Shown: in pieces, positions 1 to 9,524 of the stretch
Layout: each line of letters starts with the position of its first letter
Position numbering within the stretch: position 1 is the first letter of the stretch
Source of the DNA: Candidatus Thalassarchaeaceae archaeon
GTDB taxonomy: Archaea > Thermoplasmatota > Poseidoniia > Poseidoniales > Thalassarchaeaceae
DNA length: 38,519 bases
NCBI GenBank assembly: GCA_963582725.1
Contig: CAUZSY010000002.1
Span: 1-38,519, forward strand
Reading direction: 5' to 3'
Translations under genes and position numbers: made by a program
The notes under the pieces: generated by a model
Databases searched by the model: none
Told to the model about the DNA's origin: nothing
What the model saw: only the letters and a program-made list of their open reading frames with translations

Positions 1-1575
1 ACCGAGATCGGCGATATAGGCACCATTGGTTGGGTCGGAGGGGATTCCGCTGTCCGGATCGCCCGGATGAGCGACCATCGGCCTGATCTCATCGAGGTCT
101 ATCGTATGCACGCCGCCATCGTAGACGGCACCTTCGTCTGGTTCGATGAAGGCGGCTCGTATGGTTCGCTCATCGAGATTGTCCCGCCGCTCGAGCAACC
201 ATTCCACAGTTCGCCCGTCGGCTTCGCAGATACCGGTCTTGGCGCTGCATTCCGTCGCCATGTTGCACAGCGTCGCTCGTTCATCCATTGACAGCGATGC
301 AAGCCCCGAACCGCCGAACTCCATGCTCCTGTCGAGCGTCTCGGAGTGCTTGGCGAAGCGCCAGAGGATGTGCAGGATGACATCCTTGGCGGTACAGCCC
401 CCGTCGAGCTTGCCGACCAGTTCGAATCGGATGCTCTCCGGCACCTTGACGAAGGCGAACTGATTGTGCACGAGGTTGGCGTATTCGGTCGAACCGACTC
501 CATAGGCCAATGCGTTGCTGGCGCCGCCCATGCAGGTGTGGGAATCAGTGGCCAGGATGAAGTCGCCGACATCGATGAATTCCTCTCGCGCCACCTGGTG
601 GCAGATGCCGGGGCTGACGCCACCGACCGCCGAGTAGTCGCGCACTCCAGTATGCGCCTGGAACTCCCGCTGCAGCCGCCTCAGTGTCTCGATGCTCTCG
701 ACGAATGGCGCGAAGCGAGCGACATCGGTCGCATACAGCAGATGGTCCTCGAAGACCGCGAACTTGGTGGGGTCAGGTAACGAGTAATCCGAGCCATACT
801 CCTCGCTCAGGAAGTTGTGGACTTGGGCGGTGGTGAATTCATGGCTGTAACCACCGTCGACTCTTGCCAGCACGGCATCGCCCGGCTGGACAAAGCGGGT
901 ACCGCCGCTCTGGCCCAGCAGCTTCTTGGAGATCATGCGTTCGACCATGGTCATCGGCCGCGCTTCGGTATTGACTTCAGGCAGAGTGATGCTGCCCTCC
1001 TTCAAACGCCTGGCGAACGGCAGAATGCCACCGTTCTCGACGATTATCCGGGTCACCGGGTCGTACCCCGAAGTGAATTCAGCCAGCGGGATGCTCTCGC
1101 CGGCCTGCAGCCGGATCAGCATCGAATGATCAGCCATCAACTGGCCGAGATTGATGTTGTTGCGCTCGTGAATGGGTGCGAACGACGCCGCGATGGCCAG
1201 CCTGATTCCTGACCAACGCTCGCACTGCGCCGCCGTCTCCCTACTGCTCCCCGTTCCCTTACGATGACCACTGACGATGACCTTGAATCCCCCCTCACTC
1301 AACGCCTTCGGCCCGATGACTCGCTCACCGCCGAGACGCAGGCCGGCGTAGGCGTTCTCGGCGATGGTCGCCGGCTGATGGTCGAAGCACACCCATGCCG
1401 GCGTCATCACATCCGTGTTGATGTCATCGAGCAGGTCATCGATGGACAGGTCGGCCATCTGCAAGTCGAGACCCTCGACCGTCTGGCGCCGGATCAGATC
1501 GAGGTCACGAGTCAGGAAAAGCACCCGGTCACCTGGTGCTAGCGAGACCTCCTGCGGCGGCCAGTCCTCACCCAT
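1..1575 (-). CDS. Aconitase-superfamily hydro-lyase with a LeuD-like swivel domain fused N-terminal to LeuC-like catalytic domains (C-terminus lies beyond window start)
   Basis: Absent from the ORF track because it has no stop in the window. My minus-strand translation from ATG (1575..1573) stays open to base 1 (525 codons). It reads MGEDWPPQEV...DDINTDVMTPAW...GHRKGTGSSRETAAQCERWSGIRLAIAASFAPIHERNNINLG (small-subunit-like). It continues SPGICHQVAREE...ILATDSHTCMGGASNALAYGVGSTE...CTAKDVILHIL...CNMATECSAKTG (large-subunit Fe-S cluster region). AGGAGG (reverse complement of 1583..1588) lies 7 nt upstream of the ATG. The frame also stays open upstream to 1956 (GTG at 1788), so the start is uncertain. 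Confidence 0.8.
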   Translation of the reverse strand, partial: MGEDWPPQEVSLAPGDRVLFLTRDLDLIRRQTVEGLDLQMADLSIDDLLDDINTDVMTPAWVCFDHQPATIAENAYAGLRLGGERVIGPKALSEGGFKVIVSGHRKGTGSSRETAAQCERWSGIRLAIAASFAPIHERNNINLGQLMADHSMLIRLQAGESIPLAEFTSGYDPVTRIIVENGGILPFARRLKEGSITLPEVNTEARPMTMVERMISKKLLGQSGGTRFVQPGDAVLARVDGGYSHEFTTAQVHNFLSEEYGSDYSLPDPTKFAVFEDHLLYATDVARFAPFVESIETLRRLQREFQAHTGVRDYSAVGGVSPGICHQVAREEFIDVGDFILATDSHTCMGGASNALAYGVGSTEYANLVHNQFAFVKVPESIRFELVGKLDGGCTAKDVILHILWRFAKHSETLDRSMEFGGSGLASLSMDERATLCNMATECSAKTGICEADGRTVEWLLERRDNLDERTIRAAFIEPDEGAVYDGGVHTIDLDEIRPMVAHPGDPDSGIPSDPTNGAYIADLG

Positions 1576-1930
1576 GTATTCGCCTCCTATACGGACGGTC
1601 GGTCTATGGAACGGCTCTATTTGACCATTCGCGACTACCGGCGAGGCGATTCTGAACCGCTTCGGCGTAATGGCGATTCCATCTCGCACCGAGCAGTCCA
1701 CGCATCCTCGCTCGGCGTCGGCTCCGCCGATGCGCCACTGAAAGGCGCAGGGCGGACGCGATCGCGGGGGGATTACGAGGTTGGTCACGGATTTCGAGTC
1801 GGGTGCGTGGGATGGTGCAGGGTTGACCTGAAGATGAATGGGCGGGCGGGGCAGACCGGATTCAGAGGTGCATGGGAGGTTGAACAGGCGAGCAGGTGAG
1901 TCAGGACCAGATACTTCAGTTCGTGTCAAG

Positions 1931-1966
1931 GTTGAAATATACCTTTCAGTCGCGACTTAATACTTC
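1931..1966 (+). promoter_or_regulatory. Candidate archaeal promoter (TATA-like AAATATA at 1935..1941 and CTTAATACTT at 1956..1965) upstream of tfb
   Basis: This is the only AT-rich patch in the tfb upstream region. GGGGGTGG (1971..1978) is a possible SD ahead of GTG 1992. No experimental support; pattern only. Confidence 0.3.
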
Positions 1967-1991
1967 CTGAGGGGGTGGTCCGATCTCGGAC

Positions 1992-2909
1992 GTGCAAGTT
2001 GAAGACATCGTGAAATGCCCGGAATGCAACAGCAGAGACCTCGATCGCGATCAGACGCGAGGTGAGATAGTCTGTCAGATGTGCGGCCTGGTGATTCAGG
2101 ACAATGTCATCGATCAGGGTGCGGAATGGCGCGTGTTCAGTCCTGAACAGGGCGACCAGCGGGCTCGTACCGGCGCACCGATGACCGTGATGCTGCACGA
2201 CAAGGGTCTCTCGACCGACATCGATTGGCAGAACAAGGATTACTCGGGCAAGACCATATCGAGCCGGTACCGCAGCCAGTTCTATCGGATGCGCAAGTGG
2301 CAGAAGCGCTCTCGAGTCTCGAACGCCACCGAGCGCAATCTGGCGATGGCACTGGCCGAACTCGATAGGATGGCGAGTCGTCTGAACCTGCCCAAGTCGA
2401 TTCGTGAGGCGGCCGCTGTCAACTACAAGAAAGCCGTCGAAGGCAGACTGATCCGCGGCCGTTCCATAGAAGGCGTCGCTGCGGCCAGCCTGTACGCGGC
2501 CTGCCGCCAGTGCGGCAATCCTCGCACCCTCGATGAGATATCGTACGCCAGCCGGACCGGCCGCAAGGAGATCGGTCGGACCTATCGATTCATGGTTCGC
2601 GAGTTGAAGATGAAGATACCGCCGACCACGCCGGAGATGTACATTCCGCGATTCTGCTCTGGGCTCGATCTCGACGCCGAGGTCCAGGCGAAGGCGTACG
2701 AGTTGATCCAGAAGGCGCAGGAGAAGGAGTTGACCAGCGGTCGCGGTCCGACCGGCATCGCGGCGTCGATCATCTACATCGCCAGCGTCCTGTGCGGCAA
2801 GCGGCGCACTCAGCGCGAGGTCGCCGAGGTTGCAGGCGTGACCGAGGTCACCATCCGCAACCGGTACAAGGAACTGATCCAGAACCTGAACATCGAACTC
2901 GAGATATGA
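1992..2909 (+). CDS. tfb: Transcription initiation factor IIB (TFB)
   Basis: N-terminal Zn-ribbon CPECNSRDL...CQMCGLV, B-reader/linker (GAEWRVF, TGAPMT) and two cyclin-fold repeats ([19 protein letters not shown]; [16 protein letters not shown]...[23 protein letters not shown]). GTG start. Confidence 0.95.
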   Translation: MQVEDIVKCPECNSRDLDRDQTRGEIVCQMCGLVIQDNVIDQGAEWRVFSPEQGDQRARTGAPMTVMLHDKGLSTDIDWQNKDYSGKTISSRYRSQFYRMRKWQKRSRVSNATERNLAMALAELDRMASRLNLPKSIREAAAVNYKKAVEGRLIRGRSIEGVAAASLYAACRQCGNPRTLDEISYASRTGRKEIGRTYRFMVRELKMKIPPTTPEMYIPRFCSGLDLDAEVQAKAYELIQKAQEKELTSGRGPTGIAASIIYIASVLCGKRRTQREVAEVAGVTEVTIRNRYKELIQNLNIELEI

Positions 2910-3271
2910 TCGAGGCAGCGTCGATGACAGCTAACGCCGATCGACTCGAACAGTTGCGAGACGACCTCGTAGTAGCGGCGGCCTCGCTTGAAGGAGTGAC
3001 CCGGGGGGGGATGTCCGGCTGCGCTGCGGCCTTTCGAGACGGTGTGATATTCGGACTGATATGGAAGGACGGGCGAATCGGCCTGAAGTTTCCCGACTCC
3101 GAGGCGTTCAATGCCAGGATGAGCATCGAGGGCAGTTCGCCCTGGGCGCCACGAGGCGGCGCCGGTTCACGGCACTGGGTTATTCTGCCACCGACCGTCG
3201 CCGAGGATGATGCCATGCTCTCGGAATGGGTTTTCGAGGCGCACCCGGAATGCGGTACGGGCGATCGGTGA
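2906..3271 (+). CDS. Small TfoX_N/YjbR-like fold protein (hypothetical)
   Basis: ATG at 2906 overlaps the tfb stop (ATGA). This is track ORF 2792..3271 trimmed by 38 codons. The motif pattern [29 protein letters not shown]...[23 protein letters not shown] resembles the TfoX N-terminal domain (MFGG..., LylK). Family assignment is from memory only. Confidence 0.5.
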   Translation: MIEAASMTANADRLEQLRDDLVVAAASLEGVTRGGMSGCAAAFRDGVIFGLIWKDGRIGLKFPDSEAFNARMSIEGSSPWAPRGGAGSRHWVILPPTVAEDDAMLSEWVFEAHPECGTGDR

Positions 3272-3299
3272 GACCACTCAGACCAGATAGGCAGGTGAG

Positions 3300-4628
3300 G
3301 TGATACCGCGCATGGAATCAGGAGCCCTCATCTGGCAGCGGGCCGGCGAGTTGATCGCCACCGCCATCGACGATGCGGTGACTCTGCGGCCACTACCACC
3401 GCCACCGCTGCTGTTCGATGACATGCCGGTGTTCGAGCCGGACGCGGAAGCGCTTCGTCAACGGGCGCTCGGTCTGCACGCTGCCGACAGAGCCGGCTTC
3501 GAGCGATTGATCGCCGAAGCGGTGGAGCAGCGTTGCCCGGACCATGTGAAGCGGGCCATCGATGAGGAGCGGGCGCTCGAGAAGTGGATGTCCACCAGCG
3601 CCGACTTACTGGCTTCTGATGCTACCCGGGGTCGATTGAACGAATGGTTGTCAGCCGCCCTCGACCCAGCGGTGCCGGATGCTGAGAGATGGCATATCGC
3701 GATCGCTCTGTTGGTCGGTCTCGCGAGGACCGAGCCAGCAGTACTTGCCGGTGATGGCGCGCACATCGTCGAGAGCATCGTCATCGCCGCGCCGCCCGGA
3801 CGTTGGTCGACGCGGGCCGTGCGGGGCCCGGAGAGTCTCGATTGGCGACCCGGTGATGCGGTCGATCATGCGGGACCGGAGAGTCATGCAGACGGGACCT
3901 TCGCAGCGGTCTGGCTGCTCGATGCCCTATCGGATTCACCGGCCCATGCAGAAACGCTCGCGGAGTGGTTTGAGGCATTCGCCGTCAGACCGCATCTGCA
4001 CGCACCCCTGCGCTACATCGAACGCCTCATCGAGTCAGCCGCCGAACACCCCAGCATCGGTGCGGCAGCAGCGTCGGCACTGCCGCATCTGATGAGCACA
4101 GCGATGCTGCAAGCGAGACCCCTCGCTCACATTCTGATCAGCCATGACGAACCGGCCGTCCGCCGACGACTGCTGGAGATGACCCCATCCATACTTCCGT
4201 CAGACCTTCACCTGGCCATCGAACTGATCGATGCCGGGCTCGAAGACAGCGATGGCGACGTTCGGGTCCTCGCGACCAGCGCGCTGAACGGGCTGGACCT
4301 GTGGGATGAACAGGCCTTCATGGCACGCTGTCCGAGCATCGCCGGTCACCCCGACCCGCGGGTGCGACGGCGGTTCGGCCAGACCGGACTGCGTTCTTGT
4401 CTGGCTATCGATCCGACCGATGAGTGCGGCGTCCTGACGAAGATGTGGCTCGACGACGACGAGACCCTCCGGGCTCGACTGGAAGTGTTTATGATGGAAC
4501 TCGCATCGACGGATGCAGACGCATTCGAGATGCAGTTGGAGCGAATTCGAGTGAGTGATCCGGCTGGTCTCGACCGGCTGAACGCGGCCATCGAGGCGAG
4601 CGACACCGACCGATTCGAAGCATCATGA
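3300..4628 (+). CDS. Hypothetical acidic helical-repeat protein with HEAT-like repeats
   Basis: 442-aa ORF. GGTGAGGTGA SD-like sequence spans the GTG 3300 (alternative ATG at 3312). Recurrent HEAT/PBS-lyase-type signatures: HDEPAVRRRLLEM, DSDGDVRVLATSALNGL, HPDPRVRRRFGQTGL. Confidence 0.65.
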   Translation: MIPRMESGALIWQRAGELIATAIDDAVTLRPLPPPPLLFDDMPVFEPDAEALRQRALGLHAADRAGFERLIAEAVEQRCPDHVKRAIDEERALEKWMSTSADLLASDATRGRLNEWLSAALDPAVPDAERWHIAIALLVGLARTEPAVLAGDGAHIVESIVIAAPPGRWSTRAVRGPESLDWRPGDAVDHAGPESHADGTFAAVWLLDALSDSPAHAETLAEWFEAFAVRPHLHAPLRYIERLIESAAEHPSIGAAAASALPHLMSTAMLQARPLAHILISHDEPAVRRRLLEMTPSILPSDLHLAIELIDAGLEDSDGDVRVLATSALNGLDLWDEQAFMARCPSIAGHPDPRVRRRFGQTGLRSCLAIDPTDECGVLTKMWLDDDETLRARLEVFMMELASTDADAFEMQLERIRVSDPAGLDRLNAAIEASDTDRFEAS

Positions 4629-7600
4629 GCAGCCGGTGGTGGCGCCGCAACCGTTGCACTTCAGACAGGTGCCGTTGCGAATCATCTGGCTCGATCCGCA
4701 ATCGGTGCAGATGTCGCCCGTGAAGCCACGCTCGCGGGCGATTTTCCGCATCATCAATTCCGAGTCCATCTCAGGTTCCGCTGTCAGCGATCGTGTCTCG
4801 TTATCTCCGTGTTGATCCATCACAGCGTCCAGAGTCAACTGTATGTCACGCTTCTCTCCCTGACTTCTGACCACTCCATCCGGGGTCGCCTCGGGCCGAC
4901 TGATCGAAGTCGTCTCCAAGTCCTCGGCGCTGACGTGCGCTAGATCGTTGCGACCGAGGTACTTGATAGCCAATTCGCGGAAGATGTAGTCGACCAGACT
5001 GGTCGCCATCCTGACTCGACCGCTGCCGCCGACCACCATGCCGCTCGGTTCGAACTTCTGGAAGGTGAATGATTTGATGAACGCGTCGAGTGGCACGCCG
5101 TACTGCAATCCTATCGACACAGCGATGGCGAACTGGTTCAACAGCGAGCGCCAAGCGGCGCCCTCCTTCGAGGTGGTGATCATCATCTCGCCCACCTTCC
5201 CGTCGTCGTAGGTGCTCGACGTCAGATAGACCGTATGACCTCCTACCCGAGCCTTCAGCGTGTGCGAATCACGCTCGTCTGGCATCCGCCGTCTGACGGC
5301 GACGTACTGCTGCACGAAGGCATCGGCGACGGAGGCCGCTCTGGCGGTGGGAATAGGCATCGATAGTGCGACCTGTTCGGCCGCCTTGCGAACGCTCTCC
5401 ACCTGCACCACCTCCTCATCATCCTCATCGATGGTGGTCGATGAGTCGACGATATGACTCATCAGTGGCTGTGAGAGCTTAGAACAGTCCCGATATACCG
5501 CGCACGCCTTGTTCATGGTCGCATGGCTCAGGTTGTAGGCTTCGCGCACATCCTCTATGCTCGCGTCAGCTGGCATGTTGATGGTCTTCGAGATGGCGCC
5601 GGAGATGAATGGCTGTGCAGCAGCCATCATGTTGACATGAGCGCGCCAGTCGATCGACCGCTCACCCATCCTGCCGCATGGCGTCGCACAATCGAACACT
5701 GCCAGATGGGATTCCTTCAGGTGCGGTGCGCCTTCGATGGTCATCCTGCCATAGACATGGTCGTTCGCCCGTTCGATGTCGTCGGCCGAGAATCCCAGAT
5801 GACTCAGAGTGTCGAAGAACGGGTCATCGATCTGACCATCCGTGAGATTCAGAACAGTCCGGCAGAACTCTTCACCCACTTCACGCGACGCGAACGCCGA
5901 GCGGATGTCGTGCACCCTGTCGAACGCCGCTTCGATCCGGGCCAGTTCCATTTGAGTGAATCCGATGTCGGTCAGTCGCTGCATACCGATCGTATCGCAC
6001 CCCTCGAGGCTGCCCCAGCCCATGACGTAACCGACCATCTCATCGATCTGGGCTGCCTTGTAACCGAGTCGACCGAGGGCACTCGTCACACCGTTGTTGA
6101 TGATTCGCAGCATGCCGCCGCCGGCAAGCGTCTTGTACTGGACGAGGGCGAATTGCGGCTCGACACCAGTCGTGTCGCAACCCATCACGAGTCCGATGGT
6201 ACCGGTCGGCGCGATGACCGTGGTCTGGGCGTTCCTGTAACCACTCTCCTGACCGGACAACAGGGCCCTGTCCCAAGCAGCACGTGCCGCTTCCAACAGG
6301 TCGTTCGGGCAGTTCTTCGAGTCGATTCCCATCGGCGCGACGCTGAGCCCATCGTATTCTCCCGCTGCCGCGTCGTACGCCGCACGACGGTGGTTGCGCA
6401 TGACGCGAAGCATCGCTTCCTCATTCTCGTGATAGCGGGGGAACGGCCCTAGGAACGATGCCATCTCGGCGCTGGTGGCATACGACTCACCGCACATCAT
6501 CGCCGTGATGGCGCCGCATATAGCGAAGCCGCGTGGGTCGTCGTAAGGGATGCCCATATGCATCAACAGGCTGCCGATGTTGGCGTAGCCGAGCCCGAGA
6601 GTCCGATAGTCGAACGACTTCTGAGCGATCTCACGAGATGGGAACTGGGCCATCAGGACGGAGATCTCCAGCGTCACCGTCCAGAGTCGTACGGCGTGAC
6701 GGAAGTCCTCGATCTGGAATGACTGACCATCTACATCGTAGAACTTCAGCAGGTTGATGCTGGCGAGATTGCATGCGGTATCGTCGAGGAACATGTATTC
6801 GCTGCACGGGTTGGAGCCGTTGATCCGACCACCCGCGGGGCAGGTGTGCCAGTCGTTGATCGTCGTGTCGAACTGAACACCTGGATCGGCACAGGCCCAG
6901 GCCGTGTATGCGATCTTGTCCCATAGCTCGCTGGCCGGCATGGTCCGGCACGGCACGGCACTCCGTCCGGCCGCCACCGCCGCCGACTTCTCTGTACGGT
7001 TGTACAGATTCCAGTCATCACCCTCTCCGACCGCCCGCATGAACTCGTCCGTCACCCGAACGGAATTGTTCGAGTTCTGACCGGATACCGTGATGTAACC
7101 CTCGCCCTGCCAGTCGGTGTCATACTGCTCGAATCTGATGTCATCCCAGCCCTGTCTGGCGAGGTCAATGATCCGTTTGACATGCGGCTCTGGCATACCG
7201 TCACGAATCGCTCTCAGCATGGCGCGCTTCAAAGCCGGGTTGCTGGCCGCATCGAACCGCTCTTCGTCTTCACCCTTCGTCGTTGCCAGAAGCGCTTTCG
7301 CGTGCCTCTGCAACATCGTGCTGCCGATGACGAGTGCGCTAACCTTCTCCTCCTCCTGCACCTTCCAATCGATGTAATCCTCGATGTCCGGATGGTCGAG
7401 GTCCAGAGTGACCATCTTGGCGGCCCGACGGGTCGTGCCACCCGACTTGATCGCCCCGGCGGCCCGGTCACCGATCTTCAGGAAGGAGAGCAGTCCGCTC
7501 GAGCGGCCGCCGCCTGACAACGGCTCGTCCTTGCCACGGATGTTGGAGAAGTTGGAACCCGTGCCGGAGCCGTACTTGAAGAGAAGAGCCTCACGGCTCC

Positions 7601-8306
7601 AGAGCCCCATTATCGACTCGGGACTGCCTACCAGCGTGTCCTCGACGCTCTGGATGAAGCAGGCGTGTGGCTGTGGGTGTTCGTAAGCGCTCTGACTCGG
7701 CCGAGATTCGCCGCTCTCCGGGTCGACATAGTGGTGACCCTGGGCCGGGCCTTCGATGCCGTAGGCCCAGTGCAGACCGGTGTTGAACCACTGCGGACTG
7801 TTCGGCGCCGACCGCTGACTCGTTATCAGGAAGCACATCTCGTCGTAGTAGGCGCGAGCGTCATCCTCACCGACGAAATAGCCGTGCTTCCAACCCCAGT
7901 AGGTCCAAGTGCCCGCAAGTCGCCGGAACAGCTCACGACCATCCATCTCGCAGGTGAACCGCTCCTCGGCCGGCAGTTTCTGCATCTTCTCCTCATCCGG
8001 CACCGAGCGCTGCAGCCAGAGAGGCACGGCAGGCTCCTGCACCTTGCGCAGATGAACCGGCACACCGGCCTTCCGCAGGTACTTCTGGGCGCATACCTTA
8101 CCGGCGACTCCTTCGAATCCAGTTGGCAGCATCACCCCTTCGATGGCATGCGCGACAGTGCCATCCATGTTGAGAATCTCGACGTCCATGCTGACCCATT
8201 CGAACTGGTCGAACGGATTCTTGCCGACGCTGGTGAAGCGTCTCTCGATGACCAGACCAGACTCCCCACCGTCACTGTCCTGAACACCCTTGATCGCACT
8301 CTGCAT
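4623..8306 (-). CDS. nrdJ: Adenosylcobalamin-dependent (class II) ribonucleotide reductase
   Basis: 1227 aa. RNR barrel motifs NPCSEYMFLDDTACNLASINL, TVIAPTGTIGLVMGCDTTGVEPQFALV and SGAISKTINMP. C-terminal Zn-ribbon/redox tail CTDCGSSQMIRNGTCLKCNGCGATTGCS. Confidence 0.95.
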   Translation of the reverse strand: MQSAIKGVQDSDGGESGLVIERRFTSVGKNPFDQFEWVSMDVEILNMDGTVAHAIEGVMLPTGFEGVAGKVCAQKYLRKAGVPVHLRKVQEPAVPLWLQRSVPDEEKMQKLPAEERFTCEMDGRELFRRLAGTWTYWGWKHGYFVGEDDARAYYDEMCFLITSQRSAPNSPQWFNTGLHWAYGIEGPAQGHHYVDPESGESRPSQSAYEHPQPHACFIQSVEDTLVGSPESIMGLWSREALLFKYGSGTGSNFSNIRGKDEPLSGGGRSSGLLSFLKIGDRAAGAIKSGGTTRRAAKMVTLDLDHPDIEDYIDWKVQEEEKVSALVIGSTMLQRHAKALLATTKGEDEERFDAASNPALKRAMLRAIRDGMPEPHVKRIIDLARQGWDDIRFEQYDTDWQGEGYITVSGQNSNNSVRVTDEFMRAVGEGDDWNLYNRTEKSAAVAAGRSAVPCRTMPASELWDKIAYTAWACADPGVQFDTTINDWHTCPAGGRINGSNPCSEYMFLDDTACNLASINLLKFYDVDGQSFQIEDFRHAVRLWTVTLEISVLMAQFPSREIAQKSFDYRTLGLGYANIGSLLMHMGIPYDDPRGFAICGAITAMMCGESYATSAEMASFLGPFPRYHENEEAMLRVMRNHRRAAYDAAAGEYDGLSVAPMGIDSKNCPNDLLEAARAAWDRALLSGQESGYRNAQTTVIAPTGTIGLVMGCDTTGVEPQFALVQYKTLAGGGMLRIINNGVTSALGRLGYKAAQIDEMVGYVMGWGSLEGCDTIGMQRLTDIGFTQMELARIEAAFDRVHDIRSAFASREVGEEFCRTVLNLTDGQIDDPFFDTLSHLGFSADDIERANDHVYGRMTIEGAPHLKESHLAVFDCATPCGRMGERSIDWRAHVNMMAAAQPFISGAISKTINMPADASIEDVREAYNLSHATMNKACAVYRDCSKLSQPLMSHIVDSSTTIDEDDEEVVQVESVRKAAEQVALSMPIPTARAASVADAFVQQYVAVRRRMPDERDSHTLKARVGGHTVYLTSSTYDDGKVGEMMITTSKEGAAWRSLLNQFAIAVSIGLQYGVPLDAFIKSFTFQKFEPSGMVVGGSGRVRMATSLVDYIFRELAIKYLGRNDLAHVSAEDLETTSISRPEATPDGVVRSQGEKRDIQLTLDAVMDQHGDNETRSLTAEPEMDSELMMRKIARERGFTGDICTDCGSSQMIRNGTCLKCNGCGATTGCS

Positions 8307-8527
8307 TCATACCCACCTACCTATACATCGGGTCCATTGACCTGTCACTCCTCGCGTAAAACAAGCAAGGGATTCGTCTTGCCCGAACGGAGGCTCTTAG
8401 AGGTTGTCTAAAACCCGGGCCGAGCCATCGCGCTTCTCGTCAGCAGTCGGACATCGCAACCCCCCACGCTCATCCGCCGGCAGCCCGTCGAGGGTTAGAA
8501 TCACCATCGTCAAGACTCGGACAGTCG

Positions 8528-9433
8528 ATGAGAACGGCTTTCAAGAACGACGACGAGGGCTGGCCGGCGCGGCCGGGCGGGGAGAGGTTCATGGGAGATG
8601 TGACGAAGACCCTGAACGCCGTCATGATTCTCTCATGGGAGGCCGATGGCATGGCCTACGATGAGACATTCATCGCCGAGGTCGCCGACCTTCTAGGCCT
8701 CGGAGTCGAAGGGATCGGGAGGGCCGTGGAGGAGGTCGAATCGAAGCGCGACAATGGCACTTGGGGTGGCCGGAGGAGAACGGTCCTGGAACAAGCGATG
8801 GAACGACTGGAGTCCGCGGGCGTGGCGGGATTACTGCCGACAGAGGGACCCGTCGCGGATAGGTTGGACGGCTTGTTGAAACGCTTCGCGCACGACGCTG
8901 AGGATGATGCTCTGTCGGCGTTCATCGATGATGATGACGAGGCTGATGATTCAGACTCCGGCGATGAGGCGGTGACCGGAACAGCGGATCTGTTCACTTT
9001 CGATGACGCATCCGTCGATCCGATCGATGATGGCATAGAAGAAGCCGACGACACCGATGATGTCGACCCGTTCGAGGAACTCGGTGTAGGCGCTGGGCCC
9101 CCGCCCCGAGGTGACGAACCGAGGAGCGCAGCTGACGACGCCCTCGACGCCCTGCTCGGTGATTATGACGACGACGAAGACACCACCATCACCAATGCAC
9201 TCGACGACACAGCCGATCCGGCCACAGAGACTGCTGAAAACGAGGCCGGCCTGTCGTCGGAGACCGCCGCGCCGGTACAGACCAGCGAGGCGGTCTACAC
9301 GATGCTGCTCCGCACGGTCTGGGTCGACGGCATCCTCGACCCGGCCGAGGTGCAACTACTGACCCGCAAGCGGCAGGAACTCGACATCACCTTCGAGCGT
9401 CACCTCGAACTGGTCCGAGAAGTGGTCGGGTGA
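8528..9433 (+). CDS. Acidic low-complexity protein with TerB-like helical motifs at both ends
   Basis: 301 aa. N-terminal VMILSWEADGMAYDETFIAEVADLLGL and C-terminal MLLRTVWVDGILDPAEVQLLTRKRQELDI flank a long D/E-rich linker. An alternative start is ATG 8591 (MGDVTK). Confidence 0.6.
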   Translation: MRTAFKNDDEGWPARPGGERFMGDVTKTLNAVMILSWEADGMAYDETFIAEVADLLGLGVEGIGRAVEEVESKRDNGTWGGRRRTVLEQAMERLESAGVAGLLPTEGPVADRLDGLLKRFAHDAEDDALSAFIDDDDEADDSDSGDEAVTGTADLFTFDDASVDPIDDGIEEADDTDDVDPFEELGVGAGPPPRGDEPRSAADDALDALLGDYDDDEDTTITNALDDTADPATETAENEAGLSSETAAPVQTSEAVYTMLLRTVWVDGILDPAEVQLLTRKRQELDITFERHLELVREVVG

Positions 9434-9524
9434 TGGTCTGGTCGGACATCCCTTCGAGCACGCTCTGGAAATCGCGTGGTCGGAAGGAACCCTCTCGGCT
9501 GATGGATTCCGATGCCTGGACCGG

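Noticed and set aside
1606-1899. 97-aa plus-strand ORF between the aconitase-like gene and tfb
   Set aside because: The peptide is Arg/Gly-rich with no motif. It is antisense to the open frame that may extend the aconitase-like gene.
2792-2905. Upstream part of ORF 2792..3271 overlapping the tfb 3' end
   Set aside because: The out-of-frame overlap with a well-supported gene gives an Arg-rich peptide. An ATG with ATGA coupling at 2906 gives a sensible protein.
4623-8306. Possible intein in the unusually long (1227 aa) nrdJ
   Set aside because: I found no intein block signatures (no C/S...HN-C/S/T junctions or endonuclease motifs). The extra length is explained by the N- and C-terminal regions typical of long class II RNRs.
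8307-8527. Possible cobalamin riboswitch or other leader upstream of nrdJ
   Set aside because: I saw only a 5-bp hairpin (GCAAG..CTTGC) and no B12-box-like element. It cannot be assessed properly without a covariance-model scan.
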